Positions 54,301 to 62,895 of a DNA stretch of 64,000 nucleotides are shown here, one piece after another. Source of the stretch: Limisphaerales bacterium. Lineage in GTDB: Bacteria; Verrucomicrobiota; Verrucomicrobiia; Limisphaerales; UBA8199. Every line of letters starts with the position of its first letter. The stretch's first letter is position 1. The notes beneath the pieces are model-generated. The model searched no databases. It had not been told where the DNA came from and worked only from the letters and a program-made list of their open reading frames with translations. The stretch spans positions 18,128-82,127 of the forward strand of contig JBGALR010000003.1 of assembly GCA_044223735.1 (NCBI GenBank). Direction: 5' to 3'. The position numbers and the translations under genes are program-made.

Positions 54301-57300
54301 TGCTTCAGCAACGTGATCTTCAGTGTGGGCGCGGCGGATAATTGTGGCATCTCCAATGTGGTGAGCATTCCCGCGAGCGGGACGGCGTTCCTGGTGGGAG
54401 TGACGACTGTCACCAACAGCGCCACCGATATCCACGGCAACAGCAGCACCTGCGTGTTTACCGTTACGGTGATTGATGTAGAGCCGCCCGTAATTACGTG
54501 TCCGACCAATATCATCGTGAGCGCGTCTTCGGGCCAGTGCTCGAGCAACGTAATCTTCAGTGTCGGTGTGACCGACAATTGCGGTATCTCCAACCTCGTG
54601 AGTATGCCGGCGAGCGGAGCCGCGTTTCTCGTGGGGGTAACCAGTGTCACCAACACGGCAACCGACATCCACGGCAACACCAGCACTTGCACTTTCACGG
54701 TGACAGTGGTTGATGAGGAGCCGCCGGTGATTAGTTGTCCCGCAAACATCGTCGTTGCTGCGGCTCCGGGCCTGTGCATCAGCAACGTGAGCTTCAGCGT
54801 GGGCGCGACCGACAACTGTGGGATATCCAATTTGGTGAGTGTGCCGGCAGGCGGGTCGCCGTTCCCTGTCGGGGTAACGACCGTAACCAACACCACGATG
54901 GACATCCATGGCAACAGCAGCATCTGCACCTTCACCGTTACTGTGCTGGATGAAGAGCCGCCGGTGATTGACTGTCCGGCAAATATTGTCGTTTCAGCCG
55001 CGGCCGGGCAATGCGTCAGCAATGTTACGTTTAGCGTGGGCGCGACGGACAACTGCGGGATATCGAATATCGTGAGTGTGCCGGCTAGTGGAACCGCATT
55101 CCCGGTTGGGGTGACCACCGTTACGAATATCGCCACGGACGTTCATGGAAATAGCAGCCTCTGCGCCTTTACGGTAACCGTGATTGATGAAGAACCTCCG
55201 GCGATCACGTGCCCCACCAATATGGTCGTGAGTGCGGCACTCAGCCAATGCCTCAGCAACGTCACCTTCAGCGTCGGCGCGACCGATAATTGCGGCATCT
55301 CCAATCTGGTGAGTGTGCCCGCAAGCGGCACGCCCTTCCCGGTCGGCCTCACGACCGTCACCAACACGGCAACCGACATCCACGGCAACACAAGTACATG
55401 CACTTTCACCGTAACCGTGGTTGATGAAGAGGCACCGGTGATCACTTGTCCAACCAACATCATTGTCGCCGCTGCGCCCGGACAATGCCTGAGCAACGTG
55501 GTTTTCAGTGTGGGCGCGACGGATAACTGTGGGATATCAAATGTTGTAAGTGTCCCGGCGAGTGGTGCGGCGTTCCCAGTGGGCACCACGACAGTTACCA
55601 ATACGGCGACGGATATTCACGGGAACAGCAGCACTTGCACGTTCACGGTCACAGTCTTGGATGAAGAACCGCCCGCGATCATCTGCCCGTCAAATATTGT
55701 TGTCCTGGCTGCAAACGGTCAGTGTCTAAGCAACGTGGTTTTCAGCGTGGGAGCGACGGACAATTGCGGAATCTCCAATGTGGTAAGCGTCCCGGCCAGC
55801 GGCGCAGCCTTCCCTGTAGGTATATCCACCGTGACAAATGTCGCTACGGACGTCCACGGCAACAGCAGCACCTGCATGTTCACGGTGACTGTCGTGGACG
55901 AGGAAGCGCCTGTGATTACTTGCCCGACGAATATCGTCGTTACGACGGCCGGAGGCCTTTGTTTGAGCAATGTGACCTTCACTTTGGGTGCGACGGACAA
56001 TTGTGGGATTTCCAATGTAGTGAGCGTGCCCGCCAGTGGCACGGCGTTTCCGGTTGGCGTGACTACGGTCGCCAACACGGCGACAGACAAACACGGCAAC
56101 TCCAGCACCTGCGCGTTCACCGTGACGGTATTGGATCTGGAGCCGCCCGCGATGAGTTGCCCTGCGAATATTACCGTAAACGCGGCGCCCGGCCAATGCT
56201 TGAGCAACGTCGTATTCAGCATTGGCGCTACGGACAATTGCGGGATATCGAATGTGGTCAGCATCCCCGCAAGCGGCACGGCCTTCCCGGTGGGAGTGAC
56301 CACCGTGGCCAACACCGCGACTGACATCCACGGCAATGTATCGACCTGCACGTTTACCGTCACAGTTCTGGATGAAGAACTGCCGACGATTGTGTGTCCG
56401 GCGAATATCGTGGTTACCGCCGCGCCTGGTCAATGTGTGAGCAACGTAATCTTTACCGTGGGTGCAACGGATAACTGCGGAATATCCAACATCGTCAGTA
56501 TGCCAGCGAGCGGCGCGGCGTTCCCCGTCGGTGTGACCACCGTTTCGAACATCGTCACCGATATTCATGGCAACTCCGCCACGTGTGCTTTCACGGTAAC
56601 CGTGATGGACGAGGAGGCGCCAGTCATCGCTTGTCCGACGAATATTCTCGTTACGAGCGCCACCGGCCTTTGTCTGAGCAATGTGACCTTCACGGTGGGT
56701 GCGACGGATAATTGCGGAATCTCCAACATTGTCAGCGTGCCCGCGAGCGGAGCAGGTTTTCCGGTTGGTGTGACGACAGTTACCAACACTGCAACGGACA
56801 TTCATGGTAATGCGAGCACCTGCACATTCACAGTGACGGTCACCGATGCCGAAGCTCCGGTGATCACTTGTCCGGCGAACATTGTGGTGAACGCGGCGGC
56901 GGGTCGGTGCTTCAGCAACGTGGTGTTCAGCGTCGGTGCGACGGACAACTGTGGAGTGTCGAATGTGGTGAGTGCGCCGGCGAGCGGAGCTGCCTTCCCG
57001 GTTGGCGTGACCACCGTCACCAACACCGCGACCGATATCCACGGCAATATAAGCACCTGCACGTTCACCGTCACGGTTCTTGATGAAGAATTACCGGTGA
57101 TAGTGTGTCCGGCGAATATCGTGGTTGTCTCCGCTCCTGGACAATGCGTAAGTAACGTGACCTTCACCGTGGGTGCCACGGACAATTGCGGAATATCCAA
57201 CATCGTCAGCGTGCCGGCGAGCGGCGCGGCGTTCCCCGTTGGGATGACCACGGTCACGAACACAGCCACCGACATTCACGGTAACAGCAGCACTTGCATG

Positions 57301-58617
57301 TTTACGGTGACCGTGATGGACGAGGAAGCGCCAGTCATCAGTTGTCCGACAAACATTGTCGTCACGAGCGCCGCCGGTCTCTGTCTGAGCAATGTAACTT
57401 TCATGGTGGGCGCGACTGATAACTGCGGAATTTCCAATGTCGTGAGCATGCCTGCCAGCGGCACCGCGTTCGCGGTTGGGGTGACAACGGTTACCAATAC
57501 GGCCACGGACATACACGGCAACTCCAGCAGTTGTAATTTCACCGTCACCGTAGTCGATCTGGAGCCGCCCATGATCACTTGCCCGGCGAACGTGGTCGTA
57601 AGCACCGCGCCTGGCCAGTGTCAAAGCAACGTGGTGTTCAGCGTCGGAGCAACGGACAATTGCGGATTGTCGAATCTCGTGAGCGTGCCGGCCAGTGGTT
57701 CAGCCTTCCTGGCAGGAGTGACCACAGTTACCAATACCGCGACGGATATCCATGGCAATATTAGCACCTGCACTTTCACGGTCACGGTGATCGATGAAGA
57801 ACCCCCGTCAGTACTATCAGTGACCGCGAGCCAGGCGCAGGCCGACGTCGGAGTGGTGGACGTCAAGAATTGCGCCAATACCGTTTTGCAGGGGACCGTA
57901 AATATAACCGTGCAGGCCAGTGACTACTGTTCATTGATGACGCCACAAGTAAATCTCACCAATGGGCTCTTCTCCGCGACCGCTGTTTTTATTGGCGAAA
58001 GTCCCGCGGGCTATTTCAACTATGAGTGGAATGTGACTTCGAACACCGCCAACGGCACCTGGGTCGCAACCGCGGTGGCCACGGACGGAGCGAACGTCAC
58101 GACCTCGTCCTTAAACCTATGTCTCAATAAAGCCCAGGTAACGGGGAAGGTGGAAATGGATACGTTGAGATTTGGTGTTCCAGCCACTTATTCCTTCAAC
58201 CGCGTTGTCGTATTTACGGCAACTGATAACGGTGGTGTTCCGCTCAAGACCTGGAATACGACGGTGACGTTCACTAACCGTATCTTGACCGGCCTTGCCG
58301 ATGGCACCTATATACTGACCGATGTGCCGGTCAACGCCGCGAGATTGAGCGCGAAAACGAGCTGGTCGTTGCGCCGTCGCCAGACCCTTTCACTCGATAT
58401 CAATTATCAATCCGAATTGAACTTTGACGGCGCCAACAAGCTGCTGGGCGGCGATCTTACGGGAAATAACGTGGTCAATCTCGGTGATTACAATGTGTTA
58501 GCCACTAACTGGTTGGTCCCGGCGCCGGTGGCGGACATCAATGGCGACGGGATCGTGAATCTCGCCGACTACAATATCCTGGGCACCTATTGGTTTTTAG
58601 TGGGTGATCCGCCGTGA
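51379..58617 (+). CDS. Large secreted protein: 3 copies of the unnamed 'WRG/GxWDLG' domain, about 20 HYR-type repeats, C-terminal Ig + dockerin-like module
   Basis: Probable start ATG 51379 (MRNVLKRFAGIAFAGVISLLGGSLRA|DD, a signal peptide). Domain copies at about 51457, 51980 and 52995. HYR stalk. C-terminal GDLTGNNVVNLGDY and ADINGDGIVNLADY..GDPP. Confidence 0.9.
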   Translation: MRNVLKRFAGIAFAGVISLLGGSLRADDSFPPCWRGASGTTFANWNFTTSNNPALPEQFTNPNGMPQATLTIGTAGTGWRASVLSRTNVWDLGRGGFASVPIANFGGATNSWKYVQVQVTYFEDGGIYVAPSVAIAGATFISSQVVNNQTAFPGAWKTMQTVWRIQPAPAAETIQITGNPAKGLLLDQIIVDTRCSFPGGDVPGFQPCWRGQPGSTFEQWTFGVSNNPAAIPPEFVTNSYGAPLASIVLGPFSSGYVLENSFLGCVQGIWDLGRSGTLSLNVSNNPSASAGSYKYLQLQVTQYRDSIYNTNATVAVTGGTLVGRQQQTVLATSNVLSGIWITEQTVWRLGPPSPSVETVVITGGTNGSLIDQVVVDTIVLDFPCPSDQLLSANSGQCSRSNVTWSVPVVDGCLVTNVVSTPANGSTFPVGTNPVSVVISDIAGGTKTCNFNIVVTDNEAPTVVCPADITVSKSPTNCGAFVNFTPGAFDNCGAVTVSAIPPSGSLFPPGVTTVTCVAHDAAGNASAPCTFHVRVIDFGGDATAYQPCWRYVSGSTFQEWAFSISNNPAVVPAELVSNIYGAPLCSIVTGPFTSGYTDQNPFLGCVQGIWDLGRSGTMTLTVSNNPAAPVGSYKYLLLQVTQYRDSIYNTNATVAVSGGTLVGQQQQTVLVTSNVLSGIWITEQTVWRLGPPSPGVETVAITGGTNGSLIDQVVVDTMVLNFPCPSDQLLTANSGQCSRSNVTWSVPVVDGCLVTNVVSTPPNGSTFPVGTNLVSVVISDFEGGAKTCNFNVVVTDNEPPVARCTNIVVNLDTLGSATITGADVDNGSTDNCGIASRTVTPSLFTCANAGPNPVLLTVVDIHGNSNSCAATVFVQDVLPPIIVCPTNIVVAAAPGACFSNVTFSVGATDNCGVSNVVSVPPSGAAFPVGVTMVTNTATDIHGNTSVCTFTIRVVDDQPPAITCPSNIVVTAATGQCFSNVIFSVGAADNCGISNVVSIPASGTAFLVGVTTVTNSATDIHGNSSTCVFTVTVIDVEPPVITCPTNIIVSASSGQCSSNVIFSVGVTDNCGISNLVSMPASGAAFLVGVTSVTNTATDIHGNTSTCTFTVTVVDEEPPVISCPANIVVAAAPGLCISNVSFSVGATDNCGISNLVSVPAGGSPFPVGVTTVTNTTMDIHGNSSICTFTVTVLDEEPPVIDCPANIVVSAAAGQCVSNVTFSVGATDNCGISNIVSVPASGTAFPVGVTTVTNIATDVHGNSSLCAFTVTVIDEEPPAITCPTNMVVSAALSQCLSNVTFSVGATDNCGISNLVSVPASGTPFPVGLTTVTNTATDIHGNTSTCTFTVTVVDEEAPVITCPTNIIVAAAPGQCLSNVVFSVGATDNCGISNVVSVPASGAAFPVGTTTVTNTATDIHGNSSTCTFTVTVLDEEPPAIICPSNIVVLAANGQCLSNVVFSVGATDNCGISNVVSVPASGAAFPVGISTVTNVATDVHGNSSTCMFTVTVVDEEAPVITCPTNIVVTTAGGLCLSNVTFTLGATDNCGISNVVSVPASGTAFPVGVTTVANTATDKHGNSSTCAFTVTVLDLEPPAMSCPANITVNAAPGQCLSNVVFSIGATDNCGISNVVSIPASGTAFPVGVTTVANTATDIHGNVSTCTFTVTVLDEELPTIVCPANIVVTAAPGQCVSNVIFTVGATDNCGISNIVSMPASGAAFPVGVTTVSNIVTDIHGNSATCAFTVTVMDEEAPVIACPTNILVTSATGLCLSNVTFTVGATDNCGISNIVSVPASGAGFPVGVTTVTNTATDIHGNASTCTFTVTVTDAEAPVITCPANIVVNAAAGRCFSNVVFSVGATDNCGVSNVVSAPASGAAFPVGVTTVTNTATDIHGNISTCTFTVTVLDEELPVIVCPANIVVVSAPGQCVSNVTFTVGATDNCGISNIVSVPASGAAFPVGMTTVTNTATDIHGNSSTCMFTVTVMDEEAPVISCPTNIVVTSAAGLCLSNVTFMVGATDNCGISNVVSMPASGTAFAVGVTTVTNTATDIHGNSSSCNFTVTVVDLEPPMITCPANVVVSTAPGQCQSNVVFSVGATDNCGLSNLVSVPASGSAFLAGVTTVTNTATDIHGNISTCTFTVTVIDEEPPSVLSVTASQAQADVGVVDVKNCANTVLQGTVNITVQASDYCSLMTPQVNLTNGLFSATAVFIGESPAGYFNYEWNVTSNTANGTWVATAVATDGANVTTSSLNLCLNKAQVTGKVEMDTLRFGVPATYSFNRVVVFTATDNGGVPLKTWNTTVTFTNRILTGLADGTYILTDVPVNAARLSAKTSWSLRRRQTLSLDINYQSELNFDGANKLLGGDLTGNNVVNLGDYNVLATNWLVPAPVADINGDGIVNLADYNILGTYWFLVGDPP
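54001..57792 (+). repeat. Sixteen tandem 237 bp (79 aa) HYR repeats, each with 4 Cys
   Basis: Unit DEEPP.I.CP.NIVV.A..GQC.SNV.FSVGATDNCGISN.VS.PASG.AFPVGVTTVTNTATDIHGN.STC.FTVTV. 54001+16x237=57793, where the C-terminal module begins. Confidence 0.95.
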
Positions 58618-58678
58618 TCATTATTGTTAATGAATTACTTGTATCGTGACTTTAATTGTGAATAATCCATTCAAACCT

Positions 58679-59383
58679 ATGAAATGCTCATCCGTGACGA
58701 TGCTGGCGTTGCTGGTTTCCTCGATAATCGCCATCCCTTCCGCGCGCGCCGATGATTTGTTGCCGCCTTCCTATCGAGGGTTGCCGGGTTCGACGTATCA
58801 AGGCTGGTCGTTTGGCACGAGCGTGACGAATCCGCTTCCCGATAGCGTGAGCAACCCTTTTGGCATTCCGACACTGACCATTTTCGAGAGCGTCAATAAC
58901 ACCGGCATCGGCTGGCAAAATTCGCTTCCCGTTGTTTACGGCACCAAGCAAGGCTTCTGGGACCTCGGAAACGACGGTTACATGACGCTGTCGATTCCGA
59001 CCTCCGCCACCATCACGGCCAACGAGCAGGTGCGTTTGCAAGTGACCTACTGGCAGGCGATCGATGTGGCGCCGGGACTAAACATTGTGCCTTCGGGTGT
59101 GCAGACCGTGGTCACGAACATCCTGGTGGAGTCGCGCCCTCTCGGAAGCTGGTATGAAGAAGTGGTCGATTGGTCCATCACACCTGGCACGACTAACATC
59201 CTCCTGACCATATTCGGAAATCCCTCCAATGGATCGGTCATCGATCAGATCGTGCTCGACTCCGTGCCGGAGCCGTCGGTGATTGCCTTCGCCGGAATGG
59301 GCGTAGGCGTGTTGAGTGTCTTAGTGGCCCGGAAGTGCCGCAAGGGCGCAGCCGCCGAAGATTCAAAAACAGTGGATTCCTGA
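58679..59383 (+). CDS. PEP-CTERM (exosortase-targeted) surface protein with one copy of the unnamed 'WRG/GxWDLG' domain
   Basis: ATG 58679. Signal peptide ending ARA|DD. Domain DDLLPPSYRGLPGSTYQGWSF..GFWDLGNDG..QVTYW..GSVIDQIVLD, followed by VPEPS, a TM helix and the basic tail RKCRK. Confidence 0.9.
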   Translation: MKCSSVTMLALLVSSIIAIPSARADDLLPPSYRGLPGSTYQGWSFGTSVTNPLPDSVSNPFGIPTLTIFESVNNTGIGWQNSLPVVYGTKQGFWDLGNDGYMTLSIPTSATITANEQVRLQVTYWQAIDVAPGLNIVPSGVQTVVTNILVESRPLGSWYEEVVDWSITPGTTNILLTIFGNPSNGSVIDQIVLDSVPEPSVIAFAGMGVGVLSVLVARKCRKGAAAEDSKTVDS

Positions 59384-59506
59384 TGCACGCGACCGCCTTG
59401 ATGCCGGATAGCGGCGGGCGGGGCGGCGGAGGGTTCAAGCCTTGGCGTTCTTGCGTTCGGAAGTTATGGTGTTTCTCCGAAGTTCAGTGAACTACGCGGT
59501 GATTCG

Positions 59507-60817
59507 ATGAAGGCGCAGGAATCAAGAAAGGGAGTGCTGCTCGCGATCATTCTGCTTGCCGTGGGTGTTACCGCGCTCGCCTGGTATTTCCGCGCTCGCA
59601 ATTCAGCCGCCACGCCGGGCGACGCGCCTGCGGTCAATGTCGCCGAATCAGCCCCTGTGGAAGGCGACGCAGCGGCACATCCGTCTGCGGTCGAACCGGC
59701 ACCCGTTGTGAGCACGGTTCCTCCTCCCAACCCTGCCAAATCTTCCGTTGTCCCACCGGCATCGAATGAAGCGACACCCAGACCGGCGGCCGTGGCTCCC
59801 GCGCATACCGCCGCCTCGCCTTATGCCCGTTCACTCGTCAGGAATTTGAGCGAGATGAACTTCAGCAACGGCGCCGTGACTCCGGAACAGGCGGCAGCGT
59901 GGCAGCAGGAATACAAGAAACTCGTCGCGGGCGGCGCGGATTCGGTGCAGGCGATTCGGGAATTACTGGCGCAAAATATCAATATCGATTTCGCGGGTCT
60001 GGAAAACGGCTCACAACTGGGCGCGCATTCCCTGCGTGACGCGATGTTCGACGCCTTGCAGCAGATCGGCGGACAGGACGCCATCTCGCTTGCGGCTGAA
60101 GTGATGCAAACGACGGCGAACCCCGCTGAGATCGCCGCGCTGGCCGCCAGACTTCAGGCGATGGCGCCCGGCGAGTATTCGGAGGCATCGCTCGCGGCCG
60201 CGCGGAACGCACTCGCCCGGGCCGGTGCGCCGGGCGCTGCGACGGCCGCGGATATGAGCCCGGTATTTGAAATGTTGCAAAAGCTCGGCGGCGCCAATGC
60301 GCTCAGCGATCTGCAGCAGGCGGCGGCGAAATGGAATTACTACGCGCCCATCGCCATCGCGTCGCTGCCCGATGGTTCCGGAGTGCCGGCCCTGGCGCAA
60401 ATGGCGGCCAGCGGCGATGTCGCCGGCAGTGCCGGCAGCCGGCTCGCGTTGCGACTGCTCGCGCAAATGGCGGGTCAGTATCCCGACGCCGCCCAGGCCT
60501 TGCTAAACGAGATCGGCGGCAAAGGAGTGCCGGAGGCGGCGTGGCCCGGTATCGCCGCGGCGCTGGGCGGCGAGCAAACATTTTACGGGCAGGGGTTATT
60601 CGATACTCCGATTCCGACCAATGGGACCGATCCCAAAGGATACCACCTGGCAAACAACAATCAGAATTACCGCAGCCTCAACACTTCGGTGACGTGGACA
60701 CCCGCCCAGGTACAGCAGCACATCGCGGTCATCGATCAACTTGCGGCGGCGAATCCCATTGCCGGCCAAAAACTCGCGCCCGTGCGGGCGGTGCTGGTGA
60801 CGCGGCTGAATCAATAA
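59507..60817 (+). CDS. Membrane-anchored hypothetical protein: N-terminal TM, Pro/Ala linker, alpha-helical (HEAT-like) domain
   Basis: 436 aa. RKGVLLAIILLAVGVTALAWYFR anchor, about 80 aa P/A-rich linker, and amphipathic helical repeats (DALQQIGGQDAISL, EMLQKLGGANALSDL, IASLPDGSGVPALAQM). Confidence 0.75.
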   Translation: MKAQESRKGVLLAIILLAVGVTALAWYFRARNSAATPGDAPAVNVAESAPVEGDAAAHPSAVEPAPVVSTVPPPNPAKSSVVPPASNEATPRPAAVAPAHTAASPYARSLVRNLSEMNFSNGAVTPEQAAAWQQEYKKLVAGGADSVQAIRELLAQNINIDFAGLENGSQLGAHSLRDAMFDALQQIGGQDAISLAAEVMQTTANPAEIAALAARLQAMAPGEYSEASLAAARNALARAGAPGAATAADMSPVFEMLQKLGGANALSDLQQAAAKWNYYAPIAIASLPDGSGVPALAQMAASGDVAGSAGSRLALRLLAQMAGQYPDAAQALLNEIGGKGVPEAAWPGIAAALGGEQTFYGQGLFDTPIPTNGTDPKGYHLANNNQNYRSLNTSVTWTPAQVQQHIAVIDQLAAANPIAGQKLAPVRAVLVTRLNQ

Positions 60818-60905
60818 CGACGCGAAAGTAGCTGCTGGAGGACTGGCTTAACCCGAACTCCGAAATAGAGCGATGATTTTGGGAATCGCGGCCCGAAGTT
60901 TCAGT

Positions 60906-61449
60906 TCATAACGCCTCCGATGGCCAGCGGCTTGATATGAAAACGCAGACTGACGCGTTGGTTGATCGCTGCGTCCGAAACCACGAAGCGGCGCAACTCC
61001 GGCTGGCCGATGAGCACAAGCGTGAGGATCGATTGTCCTTCGCATCGTCGAGCGGCAGCACAAGGTGCCGGCCCTGACTAATGACCTTGCGCGCGGCGCT
61101 TTCTAAAATTTCGCATCGGGCCAGTTTGCCAACCCCGGTCAGATCGGTGCCGGGTTCCAGACGCCGCAAAATAGCGGCGAGCAGTTCCTCCAGCGGAAAC
61201 CCCTGGTTCTCGATGGTCACGACGAGGAAACGCGTGGGATCAATGCGCCCGGTGAATACCGCGCGCGTCAGCGCGTTTCCGCGGCCGATTTCGCCGCTCA
61301 AGAGACCGATGTTCATAATTGCTTCCCGGACAGGGTAAACCAGCCGGTTCAAGGCCTTGTCATGCGCCGGGCCGGCATAGATAAAAACGCGTGTCCCACG
61401 TCGCCTCGCAGGGAAGCTCGCGCAAATTCCAATGCGATAACAGATTCAT
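60906..61449 (-). pseudogene. ExeA/GspA-like AAA ATPase pseudogene
   Basis: Pieces in different frames: MNLLSHWNLRELPCEATWDTRF, HDKALNRLVY..IGLLSGEIGRGNALTR (broken Walker A, normally GxxGxGKT), LVLPLDDA (Walker B remnant) and LTLVLIGQPELRR..INQRVSLRFHIKPL. Confidence 0.75.
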
Positions 61450-61454
61450 GGCTT

Positions 61455-62626
61455 TCAGACTACTAGACTTGGGGTTGATGTTTTTCTTTTTATATTCCGG
61501 ACTACGCGCTCGTAAATTGCCAGCGTTTCGGATGCGTTCTTGTTCCAGTCGATCTGCCGGGCGTTTACAAACCCCTTGGCCCGCCAGGTCGCCCGCAGTT
61601 CCGAGTTGCGGGACATGGTCGTCAACGCGTTCGCGATGCCCCGATGTTTTCCAGATCGATCGTCAGCGCTGGATCCGCCGCGACTTCGCGCAACGATCCG
61701 CGGGGGGAACTGATGACCGGAACACCGCGGGCCATCGCCTCGTTGGGCGGAAAACCAAACCCCTCGAACAAGGACGGGTAGACAAACACATTTGTGGCGG
61801 GGTAAAACGCCGGCAGTGAGGCGTCATTACGAACCCAAGAAACCGAATGTCGTGGACAAAGTGGGATTGCTTCGCAGCGGCATAAATGGCCTCCGCGCCA
61901 TGCGAGTGGCTGCCCCCAAAGGCTTAGCAACCAATTGGATTTCGTTTCCGCCTTGAAACGATCAAACCGCGATGAGGCGGCTGTGGTTGTTGCCGGTATG
62001 TTCTAGTCGGGAAACGTAGAGAAAAAACGGCTGGATCAGTTGCCACCGATCGGCGGCGGATGTTTTAGCTGCGGCAACGTCGCTGGGCTGGAAGCGCTGA
62101 TGGTTAATGCCATTCCACACAACCGTGACGCGCTCGCGCCCGAGGCCGAAAAAATTCTCAAGGTCGCGTGCGGTATATTCACTGACGGCGATGACGGCAT
62201 CCTGCCGGCGGGCGAGTCGCTTGACAATGACGCGGCCGTAAATCATGAGCTTCCAGTCGTGTTTGCCCGTGACATGAAACGGTGCGAGATCGTGGATCGT
62301 GCCGACTATCGGGCACGGCTTGCGCCAGAGCAACCGGCGATAACTCGGCGCGTGCAGCAGGTCGAGCTTGAGCTGTCGCGCGAGGCCGGGTAGATGCGTG
62401 TGATGCCAGGCAACATTCTTCAAAGCAGACCGAAATTTTTCCGCGATGGAATGAAATTCATTTTGCCCTTTGCGAAGTCGAACAACGGCAAATCTTCCTC
62501 GGGAACGAACAGGTTGAACTTATGCCGGCACGCCTGCGGCAACATGGCACGCAGCAACACGAAGACGGACCGCGCGATGCCGGTCTTGCGCCGCTGGATC
62601 ACGGACGTGGTAAACCCGATTCTCAT
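61455..62626 (-). pseudogene. Glycosyltransferase family 4 (MtfB/WbnK-like) pseudogene
   Basis: Frameshifted pieces: MRIGFTTSVIQRRKTGIAR, LDLLHAP..GTIHDLAP..IAVSEYTARDL..FLYVSRLEH, and FVYPSLFEGFGFPPNEAMARGVPVISS..SLREV. Confidence 0.85.
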
Positions 62627-62895
62627 ACCGTCGCCTCGAGGAGATAGGATTCGAGTTTTGCCAGGCGCAGAACATTGCGCACGGCGTCGGTGGTCGCGCG
62701 ATAGACGAGGTTCACGTTGCGCTGCTAGAGTTCCTTCTTGAGCTTCAACATCATCCCGCTCCCGGTGCTGTCCACGAAGCGCATGTTTGCGAGCTTCACC
62801 ATTGTGCGGGCGCCCTCCGGCAGGGCGTCCAAGAGGAGAATCGTCATGAAGCGCACGTTTTGAGTGGTGGTGGCCGTCACCTCACCTTGCCAAGT
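62623..62895 (-). pseudogene. STAS (anti-sigma antagonist-like) domain remnant, probably the 3' end of a larger glycosyltransferase-STAS gene
   Basis: Manual translation WQGEVTATT..VKLANMRFVDSTGSGMMLKLKKEL*QRNVNLV..AVRNVLRLAKLESYLLEATV* contains the STAS motif F.DSTG and an in-frame TAG at 62725..62727. Its stop overlaps the GT4 start (ATGA). The 5' part is missing. Confidence 0.65.

Noticed and set aside
47122-57792. Tandem arrays as CRISPR or diversity-generating retroelement template/variable repeats
   Set aside because: The units are in-frame 237/249 bp protein repeats without unique spacers, differences are not adenine-specific, and no cas or reverse transcriptase gene is present.
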